Assembly (NCBI GenBank): GCA_035285545.1
Contig: JAYKGY010000150.1
Span: 1-64,000, forward strand
Direction: 5' to 3'
From: Snowella sp.
GTDB taxonomy: Bacteria > Cyanobacteriota > Cyanobacteriia > Cyanobacteriales > Microcystaceae
Length of the DNA stretch: 64,000 nucleotides
The position numbers and the translations under genes are program-made. How positions within the stretch are numbered: the first letter of the stretch is position 1; each line of letters begins with the position of its first letter. Shown here piece by piece: positions 8,596 to 19,311 of this stretch. The notes under the pieces are model-generated. The model did no database searches. It had not been told where the DNA came from and was given only the letters and a program-made list of their open reading frames with translations.

Positions 8596-10335
8596 ATGAG
8601 CTATTGTGTCAATCCCTCCTGTCCTCATCCTAAAAACCCTAACAATGTTCAGGTTTGTCAAGCCTGTGGCGGAAAATTACGACTCAATGAACGCTATCAA
8701 ATTTTAGGAACCTTAGGGAAAGGGGGATTTGGTGCAACCTTCGCCGCGGCTGATATGGGCTTACCTGGCAAGCCGATCTGCGTCGTTAAACAATTACGCC
8801 CCGCCACCGATGATCCCAACGTCTTTCGCATGGCAAAGGAGTTATTTGAACGGGAAGCGCGAACCTTGGGAAAAGTGGGCGTTCATCCGCAAATTCCCCG
8901 CTTATTAGACTATTTTGAAGATAATCAAGAATTTTATCTCGTCCAAGAATACGTTAAAGGCAATAACTTACATCAGGAAGTCAAACAAAATGGCCCCTTT
9001 ACCGAAGAAGGAGTCAAGCAATTTTTAAGCGAAATTTTGCCGATTTTAGATTATATTCATTCCGAAAAAGTTATTCACCGAGATATTAAGCCGGCCAATT
9101 TAATTCGACGACAAACCGATAAAAAATTAGTTCTTATCGACTTTGGGGCGGTTAAAAATGATGTTAACTCGATGCTAGCCGCGAGTAGTTCTCCGCAAAC
9201 CGCCTTAACGAATTTTGCCATTGGGACTGCCGTTTTTGCTCCGCCGGAACAGATGGCCATGCGTCCTGTTTATGCCAGTGATATCTATGCCGTCGGCATG
9301 ACTTGTATTTATCTGCTGACTGGAATCAATTTAAAAGATATCGAAGTTAATAATCAAACCGGAGAAATGGATTGGCGGAAATACGTCAGTGTGAGCGATT
9401 CCTTCGCCAATGTTCTTAAAAAAATGGTAGAACTGGCCATCCGCCATCGTTACAAATCCGCTAAAGAGGTACTAGATGCCCTCAACCTAATGCCCTACGA
9501 AGAGGGGATGATGCAGGGGATGATCAGCACGGCTGTTAATACCACCTTTACCCCTAGAAACCAAGGGGATAGGACCGAGGGAAGGACAGCCGGAACCATG
9601 GGGTCTTCTTTCGTTGATACTTCTTCCAGTACCCGGATTCGCTCTAACTTAAAAACGAATGCCCCGACAGGGCCGTTAACCACGCCTCAAACCTCCCTCA
9701 GAAATCCAACTCCCCCATCCCCCAATACTTCCGTCAGAGGCCCCAGTTCTCAATTTTCCCAACCGGCTTCTCCCGCGACGGGCTTTGATAAAATCGCACC
9801 GGCTCGGAATAATAACGTTTCCCATAATATTGCGGTTCAGGGTCAAGGCACGAATCGATCATCGCGGCGTTCGATGGATATGGGGGGAATCAATAATAAA
9901 CCCACTGAATGGACGACCAAGACATTTTTAAGTGCCTATGAAAAAGGACAACGGGATTTTGCCGATCAAGTGCTGCAACATCTGATTTTGACCAAAGCGT
10001 TTATTCCTGGAATTAACTGCTATCAATCGAATTTAAGCTATTCCAATTTCCAAAGTGCTGACTTGACTCGTGCAGATTTTGGCAAGGCGACCTTGAGTAA
10101 TGCCGTTTTTAAAGATGCTAATCTGAGTGAGGCTTATTTTGGTTATGCCAATTTAGAGGGAGCGGATTTACGGGGGGCAATTGTAACCGGAGCCAATTTT
10201 AAGTATGCCAACCTGAGAGGAGCCAACTTTTGTGGGGTGGATTTGAGTAATGCCCATATTAGTCCGGATCAATTAGCGATCGCCAAAACCAATTGGCGCA
10301 CGGTGATGCCCAGTGGAAAGCGGGGTTCCTGGTAG
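8596..10335 (+). CDS. spkB: Ser/Thr protein kinase with C-terminal pentapeptide repeats (SpkB-like)
   Basis: N-terminal CxNPxC zinc ribbon, GKGGFG, HRDIKPAN, DFG, low-complexity linker, A(D/N)LxxA repeats. Confidence 0.88.
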   Translation: MSYCVNPSCPHPKNPNNVQVCQACGGKLRLNERYQILGTLGKGGFGATFAAADMGLPGKPICVVKQLRPATDDPNVFRMAKELFEREARTLGKVGVHPQIPRLLDYFEDNQEFYLVQEYVKGNNLHQEVKQNGPFTEEGVKQFLSEILPILDYIHSEKVIHRDIKPANLIRRQTDKKLVLIDFGAVKNDVNSMLAASSSPQTALTNFAIGTAVFAPPEQMAMRPVYASDIYAVGMTCIYLLTGINLKDIEVNNQTGEMDWRKYVSVSDSFANVLKKMVELAIRHRYKSAKEVLDALNLMPYEEGMMQGMISTAVNTTFTPRNQGDRTEGRTAGTMGSSFVDTSSSTRIRSNLKTNAPTGPLTTPQTSLRNPTPPSPNTSVRGPSSQFSQPASPATGFDKIAPARNNNVSHNIAVQGQGTNRSSRRSMDMGGINNKPTEWTTKTFLSAYEKGQRDFADQVLQHLILTKAFIPGINCYQSNLSYSNFQSADLTRADFGKATLSNAVFKDANLSEAYFGYANLEGADLRGAIVTGANFKYANLRGANFCGVDLSNAHISPDQLAIAKTNWRTVMPSGKRGSW

Positions 10336-10443
10336 GCTTCCGTCAATTTCTCCGTAGCGATCGCTACTCTCTTAGCTGACAATGTTGGTTAGCATAAACG
10401 TAACAAATCGTTAGACTAGCCCCCTTGTCAGAGGTGTAATTTT

Positions 10444-11799
10444 ATGGATACGGAACAGCAACCTGCAAAGAAACCCCAGGTCGTCATTATTGGAGGGGGA
10501 TTTGGAGGACTTTATACCGCCCAGGGTCTCAAACATGCAGCCGTAGACGTTAAGGTGATTGATAAACGCAATTTTCATCTATTCCAACCATTGTTGTATC
10601 AGGTCGCTACAGGGGTTTTGTCGCCTGCGGATATTGCTTCACCCCTGCGGGGTGTCCTCCAGCATCATCGCAATACCCAGGTACTATTGGATGAAGCGGT
10701 TGATATTGACCCCGAACAGCAGCAGGTCATTCTCAAAGATCATGAACCCATTCCCTACGATCTGTTGATTGTCGCAACGGGGGTTAGTCATCACTATTTT
10801 GGTAATGATCAGTGGCGCACGGTTGCCCCTGGGTTAAAAACCATCGAAGATGCTATTGAAATGCGTCGTCGAATTTTTCTTGCTTTTGAAGCGGCTGAAA
10901 AGGAAACTGATCCGATTCAACGTCAGGCCTGGTTAACCTTTGTGATTGTCGGCGGTGGCCCAACGGGGGTAGAACTGGCTGGCGCGATCGCCGAGATTGC
11001 CCACAGTTCCCTCAAAGGCAATTTCCGTAATATTGATACCAGTACCGCTAAAATTCTGTTAATTGAAGGACTAGACCGCGTTTTACCTCCCTATAGCCCA
11101 GAATTATCCGCCAAAGCAAAAGATGATTTAATTAAGCTAGGGGTTACGGTTCAAACCCAAACCATGGTGACGGATATTACCGAAGATTGCGTCACCGTCC
11201 GTCAAGGGGAAGACATCCATCAAATTCCGGCTCGTACCGTCTTGTGGGCAGCAGGGGTCAAAGCTTCGGGGATGGGGGAAATACTGGCTCAGCGGACAGG
11301 CGTTAAACTGGATCGGGTCGGGCGCGTCATGGTAGAACCCGATTTAAGCTTACCCAACTATCCTCATATTTTTGTTCTCGGCGATCTAGCGAATTTTTCC
11401 CACCAAGATGAGAAACCGTTACCAGGGGTCGCTCCGGTTGCTATGCAAGAGGCCGATTATCTCGCGAAATCGATTCCTGCCCGTTTAGCCGGTCGTCTAG
11501 TCGCGCCTTTTCGCTATACCGATTACGGTAGCTTAGCGGTTATTGGCCAAAATAAAGCCGTTGTCGATTTAGGATTTGCCAAATTTACAGGATTATTAGC
11601 TTGGTTTATCTGGGTTTGGGCCCACATTTATTACCTCATTGAGTTTGATAATAAATTGATTGTCATGTTGCAGTGGGGCTGGAATTACTTCACGATGGGT
11701 CGAGGAGCGCGACTTATTACGGGAGAAGGCCAAAGCAAAACTCGTTCTCAGGTTGATTTTTCATCCGAAAGGCAAGATAAAACCTTAGTGCCTCGTTAA
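10444..11799 (+). CDS. Type II NADH dehydrogenase (NDH-2)
   Basis: GGGFGG, FQPLLYQVATG, second Rossmann GGGPTGVELAG, WAAGV. Confidence 0.93.
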   Translation: MDTEQQPAKKPQVVIIGGGFGGLYTAQGLKHAAVDVKVIDKRNFHLFQPLLYQVATGVLSPADIASPLRGVLQHHRNTQVLLDEAVDIDPEQQQVILKDHEPIPYDLLIVATGVSHHYFGNDQWRTVAPGLKTIEDAIEMRRRIFLAFEAAEKETDPIQRQAWLTFVIVGGGPTGVELAGAIAEIAHSSLKGNFRNIDTSTAKILLIEGLDRVLPPYSPELSAKAKDDLIKLGVTVQTQTMVTDITEDCVTVRQGEDIHQIPARTVLWAAGVKASGMGEILAQRTGVKLDRVGRVMVEPDLSLPNYPHIFVLGDLANFSHQDEKPLPGVAPVAMQEADYLAKSIPARLAGRLVAPFRYTDYGSLAVIGQNKAVVDLGFAKFTGLLAWFIWVWAHIYYLIEFDNKLIVMLQWGWNYFTMGRGARLITGEGQSKTRSQVDFSSERQDKTLVPR

Positions 11800-11916
11800 T
11801 TGAGCTTAGCAGTCCCAAAGGTGGCATTAAACCGACGACACCAATATTGACGCAGATTTAAAGTCAGCTAAATGGCGATGATCGGAAATCGCAAATCATC
11901 CTAAATGGGATACCCA

Positions 11917-13077
11917 CTAGTAATCAAAAATTGAGCGATAAACCGTTAAGGTATCTTGAGCTGTTTTGTTCCAAGAAAACTTTTGAGCTTGTTTTTTTCC
12001 CTGAGTAGTTAACTGATCTCTCAAAGCGCGATCGCTGATAACTTTTAACATTGCTTCAGCGAGTTCAAGGAAATTATTGGGATCGATTAATAACGCCGCA
12101 TCTCCTGTGACTTCAGGCAAAGAAGAGGTATTGGAGGTAATCACAGGCGCACCGAGAGTCATGGCTTCTAGGACAGGTAAACCAAAACCTTCATAAAAAG
12201 AGGGATAAATAAACGCCTCTGCTTGGGTATAAAACAGGGCAACTAGTTTATCGGATAAATAGTTTAAATGATGAATTTCTGAGTGATAGGGAGATTGATT
12301 AATCGCTTCTAAAATCGGTTCATACTTCCAGCCCATTTGACCGATTAAGACTAACTGATGTTCAATTTTATGGTTTTGTTTTAAATAATTAAAAGCTTGA
12401 ATTAAATTAATAACATTTTTTCGGGGTTCTAGGGTGCTAACAAATAAAAAGTAGGGTTTTGCAAAATCATAATTTGTTGTTGTCTTTAATACTTCAATTT
12501 GTTCCGAATTTAAATAATTTTGATGATAGCGACTTGCTTGATAGGTAACATGAATTTTATTCGGATCAATATGTAATAAAGTGACTAAATCGCGTTTTGT
12601 ATTTTCTGAAAAAGTAATAATGGCATCTGTCCACTTTAAACAGCGTTTAATCCGTGCTAAATAGGTTTTAACAATCGTCGGAACATAGTCGGGATATTTG
12701 ACAAACGTTAGATCATGAATGGTCATAATATTGCGACTATTTCGACAAGGATAAACAAAATGATCGGTTCCTTGCACAATATCGGGTTGATTCAGCGATC
12801 GCGCAAAATAAGTCAGTAACGGATTCGGAAACGACATTAACCCATTGGTAACGGTGACCGGAATCGGTAAACAACGCGGTGCATAGGGTTGCAAAATTTC
12901 AGTCGGATATAAATTTCCTTTGAGCCAATTTTTGAGAGCCGGTTGAAAGTAAACAGTTAATTCAAAATTTTCGGATTGCTGTAATTTATCCAGAGCTTTG
13001 AGTAAATTCAACGTATAAACGCCGACCCCACTGGGTTTATCCCGAACAGGCGTTGCATCTAGACAAATTTTCAGCAT
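11917..13077 (-). CDS. Glycosyltransferase family 4 (GT1 group)
   Basis: TIHDL, EPRKN, PSFYEGFGLPVLEAM motifs; start placed at MLKICLD. Confidence 0.93.
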   Translation of the reverse strand: MLKICLDATPVRDKPSGVGVYTLNLLKALDKLQQSENFELTVYFQPALKNWLKGNLYPTEILQPYAPRCLPIPVTVTNGLMSFPNPLLTYFARSLNQPDIVQGTDHFVYPCRNSRNIMTIHDLTFVKYPDYVPTIVKTYLARIKRCLKWTDAIITFSENTKRDLVTLLHIDPNKIHVTYQASRYHQNYLNSEQIEVLKTTTNYDFAKPYFLFVSTLEPRKNVINLIQAFNYLKQNHKIEHQLVLIGQMGWKYEPILEAINQSPYHSEIHHLNYLSDKLVALFYTQAEAFIYPSFYEGFGLPVLEAMTLGAPVITSNTSSLPEVTGDAALLIDPNNFLELAEAMLKVISDRALRDQLTTQGKKQAQKFSWNKTAQDTLTVYRSIFDY

Positions 13078-13182
13078 AAATTGGGCAGTGATATTAAAAA
13101 TGAGATTCAAGTTGTCCAGAGGAACGGACTATTGCACAATGGGAAAGGTTTCTGTCAACAATGTTTAACGCTTGCAATCCTG

Positions 13183-14097
13183 ATGTCCCCGATTACTGTT
13201 GCTGTTCCGGCTACCACCGCAAATCTTGGCCCTGGTTTTGATTGTCTGGGGGCAGCGTTGAGTCTGTACAATCATTTCACATTTACCATTCAACCAGATT
13301 TAGAAGCCGATTTTTTGATTACGGTAACAGGGGCAGAACGCGATCGCGTCAGTCGGGATGACAGCAATTTACTGTACCAATCGTTCCTCAAGTTTTATCA
13401 ACATTTGGGACAAACGCCACCAAAGACCCAGATGGAGATCCAACTAGGGGTTCCTTTAGCCAGAGGTTTAGGCAGTTCTGCAACGGCTATTATCGGGGGC
13501 TTAGTGGGAGCCAATGCTTTAGCGGGCCAACCCCTATCGGTTCAAGAGTTATTAGATATCGCCATTTCTATTGAAGGGCATCCTGACAATGTGGCTCCTG
13601 CGTTGTTGGGCCATTGCCAGTTATCAGTGAATGATGGGGAAAAATGGCTGGTTACCCCTTTAGTTTGGCATTCAGACCTAGTGCCTGTGGTGGCAATTCC
13701 TGACTTTGAACTTTCGACGGAAATGGCCCGTTCCGTTTTACCCAAAGATTATGCTCGCGCTGATGCCATTTTTAACGTGGCCCATATTGCGTTGCTCGTA
13801 AAAGCGATCGCCGAGGGACGGGGAGATTGGTTACGGGTGGCAATGGAAGACAAAATTCATCAACCCTATCGCCAAAGCTTAATTCGGGGTTACGAAGCCG
13901 TAAAAACGGCCGCTATCCAAGCAGGAGCCTACAATTTGGTGATCAGTGGTGCAGGCCCGACCTTACTCGCGATCGCCCATCCTGATCAAGTGGCAGAAGT
14001 AATTAAAGCGATTCAAACCACTTGGCAACAAGAAGGCGTAAATGCGGAAGTCTCTGCCCTACAAATCGATACCCAAGGCGCGAAAATTACAACCTAA
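13183..14097 (+). CDS. thrB: Homoserine kinase
   Basis: [39 protein letters not shown]; start placed at ATG 13183. Confidence 0.97.
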   Translation: MSPITVAVPATTANLGPGFDCLGAALSLYNHFTFTIQPDLEADFLITVTGAERDRVSRDDSNLLYQSFLKFYQHLGQTPPKTQMEIQLGVPLARGLGSSATAIIGGLVGANALAGQPLSVQELLDIAISIEGHPDNVAPALLGHCQLSVNDGEKWLVTPLVWHSDLVPVVAIPDFELSTEMARSVLPKDYARADAIFNVAHIALLVKAIAEGRGDWLRVAMEDKIHQPYRQSLIRGYEAVKTAAIQAGAYNLVISGAGPTLLAIAHPDQVAEVIKAIQTTWQQEGVNAEVSALQIDTQGAKITT

Positions 14098-14117
14098 ATT
14101 ATGATATGGTGAGGAGC

Positions 14118-14786
14118 ATGAAAAATGGGAAAAAAGCAGCGTCCAATCCAGCCTCACCCCCGAAAATCCTAGCCGTCGTTAATGGCAAAGGTGGAGTCGG
14201 GAAAACGACCACTGCGGTTAATTTAGCAGCAATTTTGGCCGAAAACCATGAAGTTTTATTGGTAGATGCCGATCCCCAGGGGTCTGCAACCTGGTGGGTA
14301 GAACGCAGCGAAGAAGGCATGGCTTTTGATCTCAGCACGGAAAGTAACCCCACCGTTTTAAGCAATCTCCACAAAACCCCCAACTATCAATTAATTGTGG
14401 TCGATACGCCCCCTGCTTTGCGTTCCGAGGCATTAAAAGCGGTGATTACCCTAGCTGACTACTTGGTTTTGCCCACACCTCCCGCACCGATGGATTTAAC
14501 CGCGTTAATCGAAACGGTAAAAACAGCAGTCAGACCCTTAAATGTCGCCCATCGCGTCTTGTTAACCAAAGTTGATTCCCGTAGCCTCAAGGAAACCCTA
14601 GAAGCTCAAAATACGTTACTAGAGTTAGGAATTCCTGCTTGTCATGCTTTTGTACGGAGTTATAAAGCCCATGAGCGTTCTGTCTTAGAAGGGCTGGCGA
14701 TTACTGACTGGAAAGGGAAAAATTCACGGGAAGCGGAATCGGATTATCGTCGAGTCACTGAAGAAATATTACGAGAATTAAACTAA
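14118..14786 (+). CDS. mcdA: ParA/MinD-family ATPase, probable type-2 McdA
   Basis: Deviant Walker [20 protein letters not shown] (double Trp), DTPP; short protein without HTH; GAGGAG just upstream of ATG 14118. Confidence 0.7.
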   Translation: MKNGKKAASNPASPPKILAVVNGKGGVGKTTTAVNLAAILAENHEVLLVDADPQGSATWWVERSEEGMAFDLSTESNPTVLSNLHKTPNYQLIVVDTPPALRSEALKAVITLADYLVLPTPPAPMDLTALIETVKTAVRPLNVAHRVLLTKVDSRSLKETLEAQNTLLELGIPACHAFVRSYKAHERSVLEGLAITDWKGKNSREAESDYRRVTEEILRELN

Positions 14787-14843
14787 ATTTAGCAACGCTT
14801 TTCGCTATCCTTAGTTAGTGGTAGTAAGCTGGCAATCAATCAC

Positions 14844-15449
14844 ATGGCTAAGAAAAGTTTATCGGATATTTTGCGTGAAGAAATGAAACCCGAAGCGGCA
14901 GCGAGTCAACCTTCTACTTCGGCTGAAGTGCCTACTCCTGAGCCGGTTGTTAGCGATGAGCTTAAGGATTTAACGATCGCGATCGCAACTGCCAACGAAA
15001 AGATCGCCTTACTAACGGCTGAATTAGCCACCGAAAGAAAAGAGAATAAAGCCTTAAATAATCAATTAACCAAAGCAAATCAATTCAAAACCCAACTAGA
15101 AGAACAAAAAAACCTTGTCAAACAATTAACCGCAGATTTAAAGCAAGCGAGTAGTAGCTATCAAAAAGCCTTAGAAAAAGAACAGGAGAAAGTTAAAGAA
15201 ATGACAGAAAAAGTGAACAGCTTAGACTCCTTAGAAAAAGAACTTGTTGAACAAAAAGCCTTAGTGAGTAAACTTTATGCCGATTTACAGAAAGCGCAAC
15301 AAAAACCCGAATCAACCGCTTCTACTGCTCCATTAACTGCTCAACCTAAATCTACCAAATTGGTTTCTGCTCATCGGATTAGCCGTTATATTGCACCCGC
15401 CCAGCCCTCTGCCACCTTATCTGATGAAGTTATTGGCTGGTTTGATTAG
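14844..15449 (+). CDS. mcdB: Coiled-coil partner of the ParA protein, probable McdB
   Basis: Charged N-terminus MAKKSLSDILREE, long central coiled coil, Trp within the last four residues (IGWFD); directly downstream of the ParA gene. Confidence 0.6.
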   Translation: MAKKSLSDILREEMKPEAAASQPSTSAEVPTPEPVVSDELKDLTIAIATANEKIALLTAELATERKENKALNNQLTKANQFKTQLEEQKNLVKQLTADLKQASSSYQKALEKEQEKVKEMTEKVNSLDSLEKELVEQKALVSKLYADLQKAQQKPESTASTAPLTAQPKSTKLVSAHRISRYIAPAQPSATLSDEVIGWFD

Positions 15450-15575
15450 ATTTTTTTGCTTGTTTACTTTATCTAGCAGTTATTTTTAAGCCGGTAGATC
15501 AATTTAACCTAAAGCCCAAATAGACTCTTTAGATTAAATTTAGATTAGATTAAATCAAAACAGTAGAATTGAATG

Positions 15576-15609
15576 TCCCTACAAAAGTTTCCCGACAAAT
15601 CTGTAGGGA
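15576..15609. terminator. Inverted repeat between convergent mcdB-like and hemH genes (terminator or REP-like)
   Basis: TCCCTACA ... TGTAGGGA. Confidence 0.5.
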
Positions 15610-15640
15610 TTCAACTCAGTTCAGTTTACGGTTGCTTTAC

Positions 15641-16804
15641 TTATAGTAAACCTGCTAAATGTAACGGGCCGTGACCACTAATTAATTCAATAATTAGAGC
15701 AATAAATCCCAACATTGCTAAACGACCGTTCCAAACTTCGGCGGCGGTTGTCATTCCCCATTCCCAACGCTCTTGAGGATACATCTTCATATTTTTGTTA
15801 GGACGGGCGACCGCATCAAAGGAGGCTGGTGGTTTAGAGAGGGAGTTAATTACCAAATGGGCCAGGGAATCGATAAAAATAGGATGGGTATTTAAAGCAG
15901 GAACCCGTTGGAAGTTGTTAATCCCCGCTTCTTCGGCAATTTCTCGATATTCAATATCAATTTCCTGCAAGGTTTCGATGTGTTCCGAGACAAAGCTAAT
16001 GGGAACAACTAATAAATCCTTTACTCCTTGCTCTCCCAGTTCGTTTAAGGCATCTTCTGTATAGGGTTTGAGCCATTCTACCGGGCCGACGCGACTTTGA
16101 TAGGCCAACGTATGGGGATTGGGCCGATTCAGGGTTTTCATAATTAACCGAGTACAGGCTTCAATTTCCGCTTGATAGGGATCGCCGGCTTCATCAACGT
16201 AGCTTTGGGGAACACCGTGGGCACTAAAGAAAATATGGGCTGCATCGGGATTGGAAAACTTGGTTAATTCCTGGGCAATTAAATCCGCCATTGCTTGTAA
16301 ATAGAGGGGATCGTCGTACCAGGAGGGAATTAAGGTATAGTCAACCTGCCGTAGGATGGGGTCTTGTTTCCACATTTCTTCCAGGATACGGAAGCTGGAA
16401 CCACTGGTGCTAATGGAAAAATGGGGATAGAGCGGTAAGATCACTAACCGTTGAATGCGATCGCGCTTAATCTGCTCAATGGCTTCTTCCGTAAAAGGAT
16501 GCCAATAGCGCATACCAATGTAAATAACGGGCTTTTGATCTAATTCGGTCAGCCGTTGCTCTAATGCCTCTGCCTGAGCTTCTGTAATCTTCAGCAAAGG
16601 AGAGCCACCCCCAATTTGTTCGTAATTCGCTTGGGATTTTTTAGCTCTTAACGTGGAAATCATCCAGGCTAACGGTTTTTGTAGCCAAGGAAATGGTAAA
16701 CGAATAATTTCGGGATCAGAAAAGAGATTAAAGAGGAAGGGACGAACATCCTCTAATTTTTCTGGCCCTCCTAAATTGAGCAACAGTACCCCAACACGAC
16801 CCAT
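15641..16804 (-). CDS. hemH: Ferrochelatase with C-terminal CAB/HLIP domain
   Basis: [36 protein letters not shown]-terminal [12 protein letters not shown]. Confidence 0.98.
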   Translation of the reverse strand: MGRVGVLLLNLGGPEKLEDVRPFLFNLFSDPEIIRLPFPWLQKPLAWMISTLRAKKSQANYEQIGGGSPLLKITEAQAEALEQRLTELDQKPVIYIGMRYWHPFTEEAIEQIKRDRIQRLVILPLYPHFSISTSGSSFRILEEMWKQDPILRQVDYTLIPSWYDDPLYLQAMADLIAQELTKFSNPDAAHIFFSAHGVPQSYVDEAGDPYQAEIEACTRLIMKTLNRPNPHTLAYQSRVGPVEWLKPYTEDALNELGEQGVKDLLVVPISFVSEHIETLQEIDIEYREIAEEAGINNFQRVPALNTHPIFIDSLAHLVINSLSKPPASFDAVARPNKNMKMYPQERWEWGMTTAAEVWNGRLAMLGFIALIIELISGHGPLHLAGLL

Positions 16805-16900
16805 AGCTTTTAATGAGAAAGATTTGCAGATTCTTTACCAAGTGTAACAATATATGGGAAAAAGGGAAGCCTTTACTCATCTTTCCCTCCCATCAAATTC

Positions 16901-17524
16901 ATGGCAACTATCCTCAGAACTTGGAGTTATCAATATCCTTGGCTTTATGCCGCCATTTCCCAACTCGCAGCTTTAGGGGTCGGTGGGGAATCGCATTTTC
17001 ATCATTTACCGTTAGCAGGATTATCCTTAACCCCTGAGACAAAGATTTTAGATTTGTGTTGTGGCGGTGGTCAGGCAACTCGCTTTTTAGTTCAAAACTC
17101 CCAACAGGTTACGGGCCTTGATGCTTCTCCGGTAGCTTTAAAACGAGCAGCCGCGATCGCGCCCAATGTGAACTACGTGCAAGCCATGGCCGAGGAAATG
17201 CCCTTTTCCGATGGAGAATTTGATCTGGTACATACCAGTGTCGCCCTTCATGAGATGACCAGTAAGCAATTACAGCAAATTTTGCAGGAAGTTTATCGAG
17301 TTTTAAAACCCAACGGTGTTTTTACCTTAATTGATCTGCATCAGCCCCGTAATTTATTGTTTTGGCCACCCCTAGCTCTCTTTTTGTGGTTATTTGAAAC
17401 AGAAACCGCTTGGCAACTTATTAAAATGGATTTGGTCGATCAATTAACCGCGATCGGGTTCCGAGATTGTCAACAACGGCTACACGCTGGGGGCAGTTTG
17501 CAAGTCATTCAAGCAACAAAGTGA
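16901..17524 (+). CDS. Class I SAM-dependent methyltransferase
   Basis: ILDLCCGGG, GLDAS, EVYRVLKPNG. Confidence 0.9.
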   Translation: MATILRTWSYQYPWLYAAISQLAALGVGGESHFHHLPLAGLSLTPETKILDLCCGGGQATRFLVQNSQQVTGLDASPVALKRAAAIAPNVNYVQAMAEEMPFSDGEFDLVHTSVALHEMTSKQLQQILQEVYRVLKPNGVFTLIDLHQPRNLLFWPPLALFLWLFETETAWQLIKMDLVDQLTAIGFRDCQQRLHAGGSLQVIQATK

Positions 17525-17534
17525 TGAAAAGGTA

Positions 17535-18332
17535 ATGGATTCTTTAATTTTTTCCCAGCTACAATCTTGGTTTTATCGCTCTTGGCGGGCGGTTTTGCTG
17601 ACAGGACAAACGGTTTATTATTTGGCAACGGGAAAAATTGACTACCAAAACACGGTTCAACAAATGATGATTGTTGGCCCGGCATCTTTCCTAATTGCCA
17701 TGATCACAGCGGCAGTCATGGGCATGGTGTTTACCATTCAGGTAGCACGAGAATTTTTAGCCTTGGGAGCAGGGAGTGCGGTTGGGGGAATTTTAGCCCT
17801 GGCGTTGGGGCGGGAATTATGCCCGATCATGATGGCCGTCGTGGTAGCAGGTCGCGTAGGGTCAGCTTTTGCGGCGGAAATTGGCACAATGCGGGTAACA
17901 GAACAAATTGACGCACTCTATATGCTCAATACCAATCCCATTCAATATCTGGTCATTCCTCGTCTGATTGCCTGTTGTGTCATGGTGCCTGCTTTGACGG
18001 TGCTGGCGTTGATTACAGGGTTAGTGGGTGGACTCGCGATCGCGAACGGGGTTTATGGGATTGCGCCCCAGGTATTCATGGATTCGATTAAAACCTTTGC
18101 TGGCTTATGGGATGTGATCGCAGGGCCGATTAAGGGAGTCATTTTCGGTGGATTAATTGCTATCATTGGGTGTAACTGGGGATTAACCACCAAAGGAGGC
18201 GCAAAGGGCGTAGGAGAATCTACCACCGCAGCCGTTGTAACCTCTTTGTTAGCCATTTTTGTCTCAAACTTTTTTCTCTCTTGGATTATGTTTCAAGGAA
18301 GCGGTTCAGGAGCCGTCCTAATGGGAAGATAA
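17535..18332 (+). CDS. mlaE: MlaE/TGD1-family lipid ABC transporter permease
   Basis: GRVGSAFAAEIGTMRVTEQIDAL, GGAKGVGESTTAAVV. Confidence 0.92.
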   Translation: MDSLIFSQLQSWFYRSWRAVLLTGQTVYYLATGKIDYQNTVQQMMIVGPASFLIAMITAAVMGMVFTIQVAREFLALGAGSAVGGILALALGRELCPIMMAVVVAGRVGSAFAAEIGTMRVTEQIDALYMLNTNPIQYLVIPRLIACCVMVPALTVLALITGLVGGLAIANGVYGIAPQVFMDSIKTFAGLWDVIAGPIKGVIFGGLIAIIGCNWGLTTKGGAKGVGESTTAAVVTSLLAIFVSNFFLSWIMFQGSGSGAVLMGR

Positions 18333-18376
18333 ATTTTTTATTGATATTAAATTGATTTTGGATAACGGAATTAACT

Positions 18377-18967
18377 ATGAATCAACCACCTAAAAATTCA
18401 TTTTCCCAAGAAATCAAAACCCAAGCAACTATTTTAGGGAGTTTTGTCGCGCTCTTTTGGATTCTTGAACTTCTCGATGCTTTTGTATTTCGCGGAAGTT
18501 TAGATGCTTACGGCATTATTCCCCATTCCATTATTGGGCTTCGAGGAATTTTATTTGCTCCTTTTTTACACGGTGGATTTGGTCATTTAATTGCCAATAC
18601 CATTCCCTTTATCGTTTTGGGTTGGTTTGTGATGCTCCAGGAAACCAGTGATTTTTGGATCGTTACCCTCATTACGATGGTTGTCGGTGGCGCAGGCGTT
18701 TGGTTTTTTGGACAGCCTAATAGCGTTCACGTCGGAGCGAGTATTTTAATTTTTGGTTACTTAGGATTTTTATTACTACGGGGCTATTTTCAACGCAATC
18801 TTGCTTCGATTATTCTATCGTTAGTCGTGTTATTTCTTTATGGTGGGGCAATTTGGGGCGTTTTACCCATACAACACGGAATATCTTGGCAAGGTCATCT
18901 TTTCGGATTTTTAGGCGGTGTTTTAGCGGCTAGATTAATCGCCAAAGAAAAACGCTTTTATTCTTAA
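18377..18967 (+). CDS. Rhomboid family intramembrane serine protease
   Basis: APFLHGGFGHLIAN, HVGAS, SWQGHLFG. Confidence 0.93.
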   Translation: MNQPPKNSFSQEIKTQATILGSFVALFWILELLDAFVFRGSLDAYGIIPHSIIGLRGILFAPFLHGGFGHLIANTIPFIVLGWFVMLQETSDFWIVTLITMVVGGAGVWFFGQPNSVHVGASILIFGYLGFLLLRGYFQRNLASIILSLVVLFLYGGAIWGVLPIQHGISWQGHLFGFLGGVLAARLIAKEKRFYS

Positions 18968-19311
18968 TTAATTAATAAGTATTATATCAGGTTCTAGGCA
19001 TCCTATTATTCCCATATTTTGACTTAAAGGTTTCGCTAGCTGTACAAGTGGTAAACAAAATTATACTAATGTCTATTTAAAACATAAAATATATGAAACC
19101 AATATTATAAATGTACCGAAATCAACGCAAAATTCTGGATACTTTGATGAGTCAGTCATTGCTTGCCTAGTTGCTGATAGAAACGCTAAAATTTCGAGCC
19201 TATCAAAAACATAAATCATTTAGAATTGCTATAGATCAGCGTTATTAACTGTGACGTATTAAAGAGCAATTCGTCAAAAGAGCCATCGATTTTTAAGAAA
19301 GTTATTTAAAG

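Noticed and set aside
14118..14786. ParA as evidence of a plasmid or chromosome partition locus
   Set aside because: No ParB or rep gene, flanked by core genes, and the features fit McdA better.
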